Part shown: piece by piece, positions 18,007 through 26,821 of the stretch
How the letters are laid out: each line of letters begins with the position of its first letter
Position numbering within the stretch: position 1 is the stretch's first letter
Assembly (NCBI GenBank): GCA_965217865.1
Contig: CBDCJO010000002.1
Span: 3,648,001-3,712,000 of the forward strand
DNA from: Candidatus Latescibacterota bacterium
GTDB lineage: Bacteria > Latescibacterota > UBA2968 > SICM01
DNA length: 64,000 nucleotides
Reading direction: 5' to 3'
Notes under the pieces: generated by a model
Seen by the model: the letters and a program-made list of their open reading frames with translations, nothing else
What the model was told of the DNA's origin: nothing
The model's database searches: none
Made by a program: the position numbers and the translations under genes

Positions 18007-20511
18007 TCAGTCCTCTATCGGTTGGATCTTGCGAGGTGAACAAGGGGTTCCGATCATGTATTCTTCTAGTGTAAAATGATCCACCTGGATGGCATCGATT
18101 CTTGCCTCTTCAGCATCACGGATCAATCGGGCTTCTTCCCGGTCGATGATTCCGGACTTGAGGGCCTCGGCTGAGAGCTGTTCGGGTTTCCCCTTGGGCA
18201 GCGTTCCCTCCAGAACAGCCTCCTTAATCCGGCGAAGCACGGGTTCAACCCGATGGGATAGCAACAAAGCACGTTCCAGCCTTCCCAAGGCCTCCCGATG
18301 ATCTGCCGGTATATAAATTCCCGAGGTCAACGAATCTCTTTGAGGACCCGGGGTCTGCACCGCACGTGCAACTTGAGACCCCAACTCGTCGGAGGGGTCA
18401 TCCGAGAACCGATTGACGCGGGACCATAGGCCCACAGGTCCCCGGAAGCAGAAGCCCAATCCCGGTAAAGCCAGGTTTTGGAAGAGTCCATCGAAACCGG
18501 ATTGTATCCGGGCAAACGCGTATCTCATGGACCAGTGGAGAAAAGGGAGATCGTTGACCGGGCGTCCTTCCGATTCGAAACGGCGCAATGTTGATACGCC
18601 GAGGTACATCCAGGAAAAGATATCCGCGAAACGTCCGGCCAATTTTTCTCTTCTTTTGAGCTGACTTCTATGGACTATCATCGCGACATCCGCCAGCAAG
18701 GCGAATGAGGCCGACGCCCACGCCAGTTTGCGGTAATAGCGAGAAGCGGGTCCCTTGACGGGTGAACCGGCCAGGTACCCCCGTGAAATGCTCAACATCA
18801 CGGACCGGAAGAGGTTTCGAATGAGGTGACCGACATGACTCCAGAATGCCCGATCGAATGGAGTGAGATCCCCGGTCCTGAGCGCCTCGATCTCGCTGTA
18901 GACAAACGGATGGCACCGGATCGCGCCCTGTCCGAAGATAATGAGGGTGCGGGTCAGGATGTTTGCCCCTTCGATCGTGATGATGATGGGCGCCAAAAGA
19001 TAGCTGTGAGCCAGAAGGTTGCGGGGCCCCCGGATAATCGCGTTTCCGGCGAGGATATCCATCCCGCAGCCGATGGCCTTACGGAAGAGTTCCGTTGTGT
19101 TGTATTTTGCGATCGCGGTAGCCACCCCAGGCTTCGCTCCTCCATCCAGACCGCCACATGTATAACGCCTGGCGGCTTCCATCAGGTAGGCATAACCGCC
19201 CAGGCGTGCCAGGGGTTCCTCGACCCCCTCGAACTTGCCGATGGGAAGCCCAAACTGTTTTCGTACGGCCGCGTGCGCCCCAGCCACGCGGGCGACGAAC
19301 TTCGCACAAGCGGTGGCAGTGGCCGGGAGCGAGATCCCGCGGCCTGCGGCCAGGGATTCCATCAGCATCCGCCATCCGTTGCCAGCCTGGGAAGGACCGC
19401 CGATTATATTTTCCACGGGGACGATCACGTCCCTCCCTTCGGTTGGCGCGTTGATAAAAGGCATGCCCATCGGATCGTGTCTCAGACTTGTGATCACTCC
19501 GGGCGTATCCGTAGGGATCAGGGCGCAGGTGATCCCAGGATTTTCTCTTTTTCCCAATAGGTTATCCGGGTCCTTGAGCCTGAATGCCAGGCCGAGGACA
19601 GTCGAAATGGCCGCGAGGGTGATGTATCGTTTTTTCCAGTTTAGCCGGAGGTATATCCTTCCGTCTTCTCCTTTGAAAACGGTTCCGACCGCCTTGATAG
19701 CGCCCGCATCCGAACCCGCTTCCGGTTCCGTCAAGGCAAAGCATGGCATCTCTTCTCCGCGGGCAAGGCGTGGAAGGTAATGATCTTTCTGTTCCTTCGT
19801 CCCGTAATGGATCAGGAGTTCGGCGGGTCCTATGGAATTTGGGACCATCACGGAGATACTCAAAGGAATCGATCGCGAGGCCAGTTTCCCCACGACTGCG
19901 CTGTTCGCCGAGGCCGAAAAGCCGAGGCCTCCGTATTCCTTCGGAATAATCATACCGAAGAATCGATTCTCTCTAAGATATGCCCATATGGTGGGCGGCA
20001 GATCTTTGTTCACATAAACATCCCAGTCGTTAACCAGACTGCAGACATCCTCCACAGGCCCTTCGAGGAACGCTCGTTCCTCGAAGTTCAGTTCGGGATA
20101 GGATTCTTTGTTAAGACGCTTGAAATCGGGCTTTCCGGAGAAGAGTTCCCCCTCGATCCATACTGTCCCCGCTTCGATCACTTCCCGCTCGGTCTCGGAG
20201 ATGACGGGTAGGAAGTCGATCTTTTTCAGGAAACACATCAACGGGGCAGACACCAGATGCCGACGCACCGGTCTGATGTTGAAGGTCAGTGCGAGGAGCC
20301 CGAACACGATCCAGAGCCAAGCCGGTGAACCGAAACCATACAGGAATCCCATAGAAAACAGGGTCCAGAGCCACAACGGCGAACCCGTGAACCCCAGGGT
20401 ACAAAGGATCGCCATAAACAGGATGATCTGGGCAGATGAAGGCCAGCTTAGCAAGACTTCATATGTCGATTCAAGGAAGTTCACTCCGGGAACCCTCAAT
20501 TGAGTTTTCAA
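18007..20511 (-). CDS. fadE: Long acyl-CoA dehydrogenase (FadE/YafH type)
   Basis: ISETEREVIEAG, VMVPNSIGPAELL.HYGT, CFALTEPEAGSDAG, ITIEGANILTR and a DUF1974-like C-terminus. Confidence 0.95.
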   Translation of the reverse strand: MKTQLRVPGVNFLESTYEVLLSWPSSAQIILFMAILCTLGFTGSPLWLWTLFSMGFLYGFGSPAWLWIVFGLLALTFNIRPVRRHLVSAPLMCFLKKIDFLPVISETEREVIEAGTVWIEGELFSGKPDFKRLNKESYPELNFEERAFLEGPVEDVCSLVNDWDVYVNKDLPPTIWAYLRENRFFGMIIPKEYGGLGFSASANSAVVGKLASRSIPLSISVMVPNSIGPAELLIHYGTKEQKDHYLPRLARGEEMPCFALTEPEAGSDAGAIKAVGTVFKGEDGRIYLRLNWKKRYITLAAISTVLGLAFRLKDPDNLLGKRENPGITCALIPTDTPGVITSLRHDPMGMPFINAPTEGRDVIVPVENIIGGPSQAGNGWRMLMESLAAGRGISLPATATACAKFVARVAGAHAAVRKQFGLPIGKFEGVEEPLARLGGYAYLMEAARRYTCGGLDGGAKPGVATAIAKYNTTELFRKAIGCGMDILAGNAIIRGPRNLLAHSYLLAPIIITIEGANILTRTLIIFGQGAIRCHPFVYSEIEALRTGDLTPFDRAFWSHVGHLIRNLFRSVMLSISRGYLAGSPVKGPASRYYRKLAWASASFALLADVAMIVHRSQLKRREKLAGRFADIFSWMYLGVSTLRRFESEGRPVNDLPFLHWSMRYAFARIQSGFDGLFQNLALPGLGFCFRGPVGLWSRVNRFSDDPSDELGSQVARAVQTPGPQRDSLTSGIYIPADHREALGRLERALLLSHRVEPVLRRIKEAVLEGTLPKGKPEQLSAEALKSGIIDREEARLIRDAEEARIDAIQVDHFTLEEYMIGTPCSPRKIQPIED

Positions 20512-20738
20512 GAAAGATTATAGGACAGGTAAAATAACACCTGGTTGGTTCAACGATCTGTGGAATGGATCACCGAAGGTTTGTGCCTTTTGCAGGTGAG
20601 TTAAAATTCCGAGTATACAAAGGATATATCTTTGCCTATAATATAAAATAAATAGTTTATCGTATCTTAAAGAAATCCGCCTGTGAAATAATGGGGCGGA
20701 AATAAATTAGGCGCAATGGGTTATTTTGCAAGGAGGAT

Positions 20739-20993
20739 TTGATGGCAGCCCTGACATCTTTTGAAGGTTTTGCACATTTGGACGACGATGAGATCCAGAA
20801 TATCTTGAGGAAGGTCGAGACGGAGGATCTGGCAGCGGCTTTGAAACTGGCCAGCAATCAGGCGAAAAAGAGGATATTCGACAATATATCCGACCGGGTA
20901 AAGAAGATCATCCAAGACCGCATGGAAAAACTGTTGGACATATCGAAGGTGGAGATCGAGGAAGCGCAGCAACGGATAGTGAGTGTGTCTTGA
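20739..20993 (+). CDS. Stand-alone FliG C-terminal-like domain protein
   Basis: LDDDEIQNILRKV...LAAALK...IFDNISDR...EIEEAQQRIV, with a good RBS (AAGGAGG). Confidence 0.75.
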   Translation: MMAALTSFEGFAHLDDDEIQNILRKVETEDLAAALKLASNQAKKRIFDNISDRVKKIIQDRMEKLLDISKVEIEEAQQRIVSVS

Positions 20994-21086
20994 GACTTGG
21001 GTGCCGTATGATGGACTGCCCCTATAAACCATATATATCTTTTTTGCTGTTTTGGCTTTCAGTTTTTTATATTTTGGTGATTGAGT

Positions 21087-21961
21087 AGATATTGGCACCA
21101 GCGTATATTAATAATATGCTGGTAATTAATCCACTTAAGTTAGCAAATGACTGCAAGATAAGTAGGGCCTATTTTCGTGCAGCCCGTTGGGGTGGAAAAA
21201 GGCGATGTCCAAGCTGCGATTATCAGCGCAGGTTGCCCTTATTAAAAGACGATCGGTTCAGGTGTTCACGGTGTGGATATCGGTTTAAAGATTTCACGGG
21301 CACTTATCTTGAAAGGCTTCGAATTTCATTTGACGAGCTTGCCCATTTACTTTATCTGTTTGTATTGGGAGTGCCCTCTTACCGATCCAGGCACTACCTG
21401 TCCGTATCGCTGAAAACGGCTCAGCGGATTTATACCACGTTTCGCCAGGCCATCTACGATCATAGCTTTACGGACCAGGTGCTTTGGGGTGAGATCGAGT
21501 TGGACGAGGCGATGTATGGAGGTCATCATAAGGGTAAGCGTGGATGGGGAGCAGCCGGAAAACACTTGGTTTTCGGGCTTTATCAGAGGAACGGAAAAGT
21601 CCTCACCTTTCCCATTCCGGATCGAAGTCGAAACACCCTTACACCGCTTGTGACCTCACACATCAAAGCAGGCAGTCTATACTACACCGATGACTGGCAC
21701 GCCTACACTTGGCTGTCAGTCAAAGGTGACCACGTGGTTGTTCGAAAAGAAGAAGGGGTGCCCAAAGGCAAAGGCCGACATCACATCAATGGCATCGAAG
21801 GCTTCTGGAGTTTTTCTAAAAATTGGCTATATCAATACAGAGGAATCCCTCGACATCATTTCCATTTATACCTGAAGGAAACAGAGTTCAGATTCAACCA
21901 GGAAGACGAGGATCTCTTCCCAATTATTGCTTCATATCTGGTGAATCTGGTACCAATATCT
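21087..21961 (+). mobile_element. IS1595-family insertion sequence
   Basis: IRs AGATATTGGCACCAG / CTGGTACCAATATCT flank the transposase; exact tips and TSD are unclear. Confidence 0.85.
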
Positions 21962-21967
21962 TCCTAA
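21116..21967 (+). CDS. IS1595-family transposase (Zn ribbon + ISXO2-like DDE)
   Basis: CxxC...CxxC, EIELDEAMYGG, YYTDDWHAY, HINGIEGFWS, LYLKETEFRFN. Confidence 0.93.
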   Translation: MLVINPLKLANDCKISRAYFRAARWGGKRRCPSCDYQRRLPLLKDDRFRCSRCGYRFKDFTGTYLERLRISFDELAHLLYLFVLGVPSYRSRHYLSVSLKTAQRIYTTFRQAIYDHSFTDQVLWGEIELDEAMYGGHHKGKRGWGAAGKHLVFGLYQRNGKVLTFPIPDRSRNTLTPLVTSHIKAGSLYYTDDWHAYTWLSVKGDHVVVRKEEGVPKGKGRHHINGIEGFWSFSKNWLYQYRGIPRHHFHLYLKETEFRFNQEDEDLFPIIASYLVNLVPISS

Positions 21968-22057
21968 TTACCATAATTTTTAATATAAACAACCTTTGGC
22001 GCAGACACCGGGGGAGAAATCACGCCGTTGCGATTTTGAGTTTGATGGAGGCGGGCC

Positions 22058-22375
22058 GTGACCATTTGGATCATTTGGGTCGTCACGATAGTAATCGTGA
22101 TCGCGATTAAGTATTACGCTTTAAAGACCCTTTCCCAAAAAAATCTGGATCTAACCGCAAATGAAAGACATCTATCCTCGTTAACGGTGGAAAGCAACCT
22201 TGTCAGAAGCAGTCTTGATGTCACCAAAAGAAACCTGGCGGATATCCTTTCGATAACGGCAGGGCACGAAAGGGTTAGCGATAAACTGGTAAAAGAACTT
22301 AAAGAATTAGAAGAAAAAGAAGACAACGAAATCGAAGAAACGAAGAAGAAGATCTCAAGGGAAAAGGGTTCTTGA
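22058..22375 (+). CDS. Small single-TM coiled-coil protein
   Basis: GGAGG RBS, hydrophobic N-terminus, charged heptad-rich tail. Confidence 0.65.
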   Translation: MTIWIIWVVTIVIVIAIKYYALKTLSQKNLDLTANERHLSSLTVESNLVRSSLDVTKRNLADILSITAGHERVSDKLVKELKELEEKEDNEIEETKKKISREKGS

Positions 22376-22389
22376 ACAGGAGATCGGAG

Positions 22390-22497
22390 ATGGATTGGTT
22401 ACCCATATTAGCGTTAATCGGAACCGCCTTTTTCTTGATACCCATTTTAAATGATTTTCAAAAAAAGCTGGCTGCGATCGAAAAAAAACGCAATTAG
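22390..22497 (+). pseudogene. Truncated TM-anchored protein cut by the transposon end
   Basis: MDWLPILALIGTAFFLIPILNDFQKKLAAIEKKRN*; the stop lies inside the TIR and the N-terminus resembles that of 13325. Confidence 0.5.
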
Positions 22498-22508
22498 CAG
22501 ATTAAGGC

Positions 22509-22537
22509 TTGACTTCCCAAGCCAGAGTGAGTAACTT
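22509..22537 (+). promoter_or_regulatory. Sigma70 promoter in left TIR; predicted leaderless MTase mRNA
   Basis: TTGACT-N17-TAACTT with the ATG 6 nt downstream and no SD. Confidence 0.65.
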
Positions 22538-22543
22538 CACGCC

Positions 22544-23512
22544 ATGCCCAACTTTAAGAACCGGACTATGTGGACGGGAGACAACCTGGACATCATGCGT
22601 GGGATGAACTCCGAGAGCGTCGATCTGATTTATCTGGACCCCCCGTTCAACTCCAACCGCACCTATGCCGCACCCGTGGGGAGCAAGGCGGCAGGGGCAG
22701 CCTTCAAGGATTCATGGTCGTTGTCCGACTTGGATGTTGCCTGGATGGGTATTATCGCCGACAAACACCCCGCAATGTATAAGGTTCTGGAAGCGTCTGG
22801 CATCACTCACGGAAAAGGGATGCAATCCTACCTCTGCATGATGGGTGTCCGAATCATTGAAATGCATCGCCTCTTGAAGAATACGGGTAGCCTATACCTG
22901 CATTGTGACCCTACGGCCAGCCACTACCTGAAGCTGCTTATGGACGCGGTATTCGGGCCGGGAAACTTTAAGAATGAAATTACATGGTGCTACAAAAGAA
23001 TGGCAAGCCGGAACCAACGTCATTTTTCAAGGTGTCATGACGTTCTGCTGTGTTACGAAAAAACTCCCCGCTCAACCTTCAACCCTGATTCCGTAAGGCT
23101 TCCGTATTCGGAATCCAGCAAACGCAGAGCGGGACACAAAAAAACGAGCTTGGGAGGTGCAGCCCCCGCGTCTGGCGTGTGCGAACTCAACGCCAGGGGG
23201 CGTTTCCCTGAAGATTGGTGGGACATCCCAATCATAAGACCCAATGCGAAAGAAAGAGTCGGCTACCCTACGCAGAAGCCGTTGGCATTGCTTGACCGCA
23301 TTATCCAGGCAAGCAGCAATACCAACGATATGGTCCTGGATCCATTCTGCGGATGCGCAACAGCTCTCGTGTCGGCGGACAAAATGAACCGCCAATGGGT
23401 CGGAATAGACATCTCGCATAAAGCTTCCGAGCTTGTCAACATAAGACTTCAATCAGAATTGGGAGACCTTTATCATTCCCGCCTGGTTACGGTCCGGACC
23501 GACGTTCCGTAG
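22544..23512 (+). CDS. Beta-class N6-A/N4-C DNA methyltransferase
   Basis: Catalytic DLIYLDPPF precedes SAM-binding VLDPFCGCAT; YPTQKP..LL.RII. Confidence 0.95.
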   Translation: MPNFKNRTMWTGDNLDIMRGMNSESVDLIYLDPPFNSNRTYAAPVGSKAAGAAFKDSWSLSDLDVAWMGIIADKHPAMYKVLEASGITHGKGMQSYLCMMGVRIIEMHRLLKNTGSLYLHCDPTASHYLKLLMDAVFGPGNFKNEITWCYKRMASRNQRHFSRCHDVLLCYEKTPRSTFNPDSVRLPYSESSKRRAGHKKTSLGGAAPASGVCELNARGRFPEDWWDIPIIRPNAKERVGYPTQKPLALLDRIIQASSNTNDMVLDPFCGCATALVSADKMNRQWVGIDISHKASELVNIRLQSELGDLYHSRLVTVRTDVP

Positions 23513-23521
23513 CGAACGGAC

Positions 23522-23770
23522 ATGGGCGAGATTCCCAACTATCGAACACATAAACACGTCCTGTTCGGCAAGCAGGAAGGAAAATGCGGCGGATGCCGGT
23601 CGCTGTTTCAATTCAGGAACTTCACGGTGGATCATATCGTACCCGACGTCAAAGGAGGAACCGACCATCCGGAAAACCTGCAACTGCTCTGCGGAGCCTG
23701 TAATAGCGTCAAGGGAAGCAATACCCATGAATATCTTGTGGCCAAACTGAAGGCGGATGGTATCCTGTAA
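23522..23770 (+). CDS. HNH endonuclease domain, in frame with the MTase after a single TAG
   Basis: CGGC...VDHIVP..KGG.DHPENLQLLCGACNSVKG; junction reads RTDVP*RTDMGE. Confidence 0.9.
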   Translation: MGEIPNYRTHKHVLFGKQEGKCGGCRSLFQFRNFTVDHIVPDVKGGTDHPENLQLLCGACNSVKGSNTHEYLVAKLKADGIL

Positions 23771-23788
23771 ATCGAAAGGAGAACTCAA

Positions 23789-23929
23789 ATGGCATACGAA
23801 AAAGACAACGAACAAAAACAGAATGAATCGCCACCACCGCCAGAGACAGATACAAGAGATTTAGTCAAGGACTCGGGCTCGGATGGTAGAGAATCCAAAG
23901 AACCACAAAAATCGACTCCAGACAAATAA
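23789..23929 (+). CDS. 46-aa acidic/Pro-rich peptide
   Basis: AAGGAG RBS; MAYEKDNEQKQNESPPPPETDTRDLVKDSGSDGRESKEPQKSTPDK*; shorter than any ORF in the supplied track. Confidence 0.5.
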   Translation: MAYEKDNEQKQNESPPPPETDTRDLVKDSGSDGRESKEPQKSTPDK

Positions 23930-24075
23930 GGCCAGTGACAACAACAGAGACCACCCACTTCTTTTTGATGTTACTTATATTCTCTTTGAAGTGCAGGCCA
24001 GCCCAATATGTAATATCTTTCTTGAATTTCCAATGTGAACTGCCAAGGTGATGCTCGTACAAGCTTCTGGGGCTA

Positions 24076-25603
24076 GCAGCCTGTTGAAAAAGTGCGTTTA
24101 TGCCAAGATGACTGTTGTCTTTCCTTGTGGTTTGGTCCTATGATATATCAGGTTCAAACTGAGAAGGGAGGACGAGCAAATGGCAATGGGAAAACGAGGC
24201 CGACAGAGACAGGAAAACCTGTTCATCGCATCGAACACTTTGGTGAAATCTCCGGGTCATCCGTTCTACGAGAAGCTGAATCAGGTATTGGGGGCGAACG
24301 GCTTCGACGAGTTCGTCGAGGGGCTTTGCCAGCGGTATTACGCTCCTCATATGGGTCGCAAGGGCATTCCGCCCGGGGTTTATTTTCGGATGCTTTTGAT
24401 TGGGTATTTCGAGGGACTTGATTCGGAACGTGGGATCGAATGGCGTGTATCTGACTCGCTGACGTTGCGCCGGTTTTTGGGGTATGCCCTTGACGAACAG
24501 ACCCCGGATCATTCCAGCCTGTCTCGCATCCGGCATCGGCTTCCCTTGGAAGTTCACGAAGCGGTTTTCAAGTGGATCCTGAGGGTCTTGTGCAAAGCGG
24601 GTCTGGTGAAGGGGAAGACGTTGGGCGTGGATGCTACGACACTGGAGGCCAACGCCGCGATGCGCAGCATTGTACGCCGTGACACGGGTGAAGGCTACCA
24701 GGCATTCCTTGAGAATCTGGCCAAGGCCTCGGGCATTGAAACGCCTACCCGCGAGGACTTGTCCAAGATCGATAAGAAGCGACCGAAGAAGGGATCGAAC
24801 CAGGACTGGGAGCACCCGCACGACCCGGATGCCAAGATCGCTAAGATGAAGGACGGTCGCACGCACATGGCGCACAAGGTGGAGCACGCGGTGGATCTGG
24901 ACACCAATGCCATTGTGGCAGTGGCGTTGTCGGGAGCAGATGAAGGAGATACCGAGTCGTTGCCCTGGACGCTGCTCGAGGCGCAGCTCAATCTCAAGCA
25001 GGTCGCGAAGGACGAAAAAGCTGCCAAACGTTTGCACAGACAGCGTATACGGGAGGTGGTTGCGGACAAAGGATATCATAGCAACGATGTATTGACCAGT
25101 CTGAAGCAAGGCGGCATCCGGAGTTACATTTCAGAACCGGATCGGGGACGCCGCAAGTGGAACGGCCGACGAGATGAGCAGGCCGCGGTATATGCGAATC
25201 GACGCCGGATCAAGGGAGATCGCGGCAAGGCCTTGCGCCGAAGTCGTGCAGAACGGGTGGAAAGAACCATCGCTCACACATATGATACCGGTGGCATGCG
25301 CAGGTTGCACTTGAGAGACCGCGGCAATATCCTCAAGCGTTTGCTGATCCACATCGGGGGCTGCAACCTGGCTCTGCTCATGCGCAAAGTGATGGGCGTA
25401 GGTACTCCGAAGGCCCTCCAGGACCTGGCCAAGGCCTTGCAGCGTCTACTGCTCGTCCTACAATCACGTTTGCTGCCCTCGGTCACCTTTTTAACCTCTT
25501 ATCAGCGTCTCCTGCTCAATCTCCTTACCTTGATTTATCCGACCCGCACTCCAGGCGTCTTTTCCGTTTATGTGCGTTGAAAGGTAGTTCTTCAACGGGC
25601 TGC
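24076..25603 (+). mobile_element. IS5/IS1182-like insertion sequence nested in the transposon
   Basis: IRs GCAGCCTGTTGAA / TTCAACGGGCTGC flanked by TA. Confidence 0.9.
24180..25580 (+). CDS. DDE transposase (DUF772-like N-terminus)
   Basis: GRKGIPP, TPDHSSLSRIR, GVDATTLEANA, VVADKGYHS, ERVER. Confidence 0.93.
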   Translation: MAMGKRGRQRQENLFIASNTLVKSPGHPFYEKLNQVLGANGFDEFVEGLCQRYYAPHMGRKGIPPGVYFRMLLIGYFEGLDSERGIEWRVSDSLTLRRFLGYALDEQTPDHSSLSRIRHRLPLEVHEAVFKWILRVLCKAGLVKGKTLGVDATTLEANAAMRSIVRRDTGEGYQAFLENLAKASGIETPTREDLSKIDKKRPKKGSNQDWEHPHDPDAKIAKMKDGRTHMAHKVEHAVDLDTNAIVAVALSGADEGDTESLPWTLLEAQLNLKQVAKDEKAAKRLHRQRIREVVADKGYHSNDVLTSLKQGGIRSYISEPDRGRRKWNGRRDEQAAVYANRRRIKGDRGKALRRSRAERVERTIAHTYDTGGMRRLHLRDRGNILKRLLIHIGGCNLALLMRKVMGVGTPKALQDLAKALQRLLLVLQSRLLPSVTFLTSYQRLLLNLLTLIYPTRTPGVFSVYVR

Positions 25604-25900
25604 TAAGCACCGCCAGAGACTTGAACAATCTTCCAAACAAACAACATCCTGCACTTAAGGTAAATATCCCAATAGTCGCAATAGCCCAGTACATCCCAAG
25701 AGGCAGGTTTAGAGTCTTAGCTAATATGGGAATTGCCAATGTGAGCGTTATCACTACGGATAGGAGCGCGTGAAAAAGACTGTTCATGGCATCCCACCGT
25801 TGTTGGATAATATCATAAGACTTCACGGCCAAATTATAGGCCAGGTCCACAGAGGGGTATTTCGTTTCATCGTCCATAATTTAACCTCACGAAAAAAATG

Positions 25901-26785
25901 TTAGGCAAAGCACCCCTTCATGAACGTATCAAACGTCCGCTTGTTTTTCCGGTTGTTGTATTTGTAGCAGGCTTCAGCCACGTAGAACGGCGTGTAACGC
26001 TTCGTGTAGTGATGATGTGAACCGTACCAGGCACGCTTGAGCAGAGACCACACGCCTTCAATCGTGTTGGTATGTATATCGCCGTCCGAGTATTGCTTGG
26101 CGTGGTGGATCACAGCGTGATTCATGATTTGCCTTACGGTATTATAGGCACTGAATTCGTCCGTGACAAGCACCGACTCCGAAGGGTCTATCGCCTGTTT
26201 GATGAAGGCCAGAACCCCCGTACCCGACAGATCGTCCGCCACACGGGCAACTACCTTTCCGCCACGTTCCACGGCTCCTATAACCGGAGTCTTGCGGGTT
26301 CCTCGCCCCCTTGGAGCATTGCCACCGCCACCCGAACGCTTGTTACGTTTCCGCGGCTTGCCTCCGACGTAGGTCTCGTCGGCTTCGACGATCCCACGCA
26401 ACAATACCTTCCCCTGCCTCGTTGCCATCTCGGCACGAATCCGCTGTTGCACATACCATGCAGACCGTTGCGTAAGGTTCAGGTCACGGGCAAGTTGGCA
26501 GCTTGACAGGCTTTTCTTGGCGTTCACGATCAAAGCGATTGCCATAAACCACTTCTGAAGCGGAAGATGCGTACCCTGAAACATTGTCCCCGAAAGGACG
26601 TTAAAGCTGGACTTGCATGCATGGCAGTTCCAACGCCCTACAAGACTTCCCTCTCTCTTTCGCGCGCACTCCCCAACCACCCCACACAGCGGACAAAACG
26701 GATCACTTCCGAACCGGACACGCTCAAGATGCTCAATGCATTTTTCCTGCGTCGGGAACTTTTCAATTGCCGTCAACAAGTTCAT
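25901..26785 (-). CDS. IS1595-family transposase
   Basis: CPLC...CHAC, GIVEADETYVGG, LVTDE, HTNTIEGVWSLLKR. Confidence 0.95.
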   Translation of the reverse strand: MNLLTAIEKFPTQEKCIEHLERVRFGSDPFCPLCGVVGECARKREGSLVGRWNCHACKSSFNVLSGTMFQGTHLPLQKWFMAIALIVNAKKSLSSCQLARDLNLTQRSAWYVQQRIRAEMATRQGKVLLRGIVEADETYVGGKPRKRNKRSGGGGNAPRGRGTRKTPVIGAVERGGKVVARVADDLSGTGVLAFIKQAIDPSESVLVTDEFSAYNTVRQIMNHAVIHHAKQYSDGDIHTNTIEGVWSLLKRAWYGSHHHYTKRYTPFYVAEACYKYNNRKNKRTFDTFMKGCFA

Positions 26786-26821
26786 TTTCCTTTCTCCCTT
26801 TTTTTGGTTAAATTAGTTGTT

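Larger units (their letters stand above)
23865..25877 (-). pseudogene. Small 3-TM membrane protein split by an IS
   Basis: The N-terminal half (MDDETKY...KSLAVL) and C-terminal half (SPRSLYEHH...VLWILY) join in frame when 24076-25605 is removed. Confidence 0.8.

Noticed and set aside
20574-20590. Sigma54 promoter for fadE (AGGCACAAACCTTCG, minus strand)
   Set aside because: The essential -12 GC is absent.
20721-21098. 125-aa minus-strand ORF
   Set aside because: Antisense to the FliG_C-like gene and starts inside the IS1595 end.
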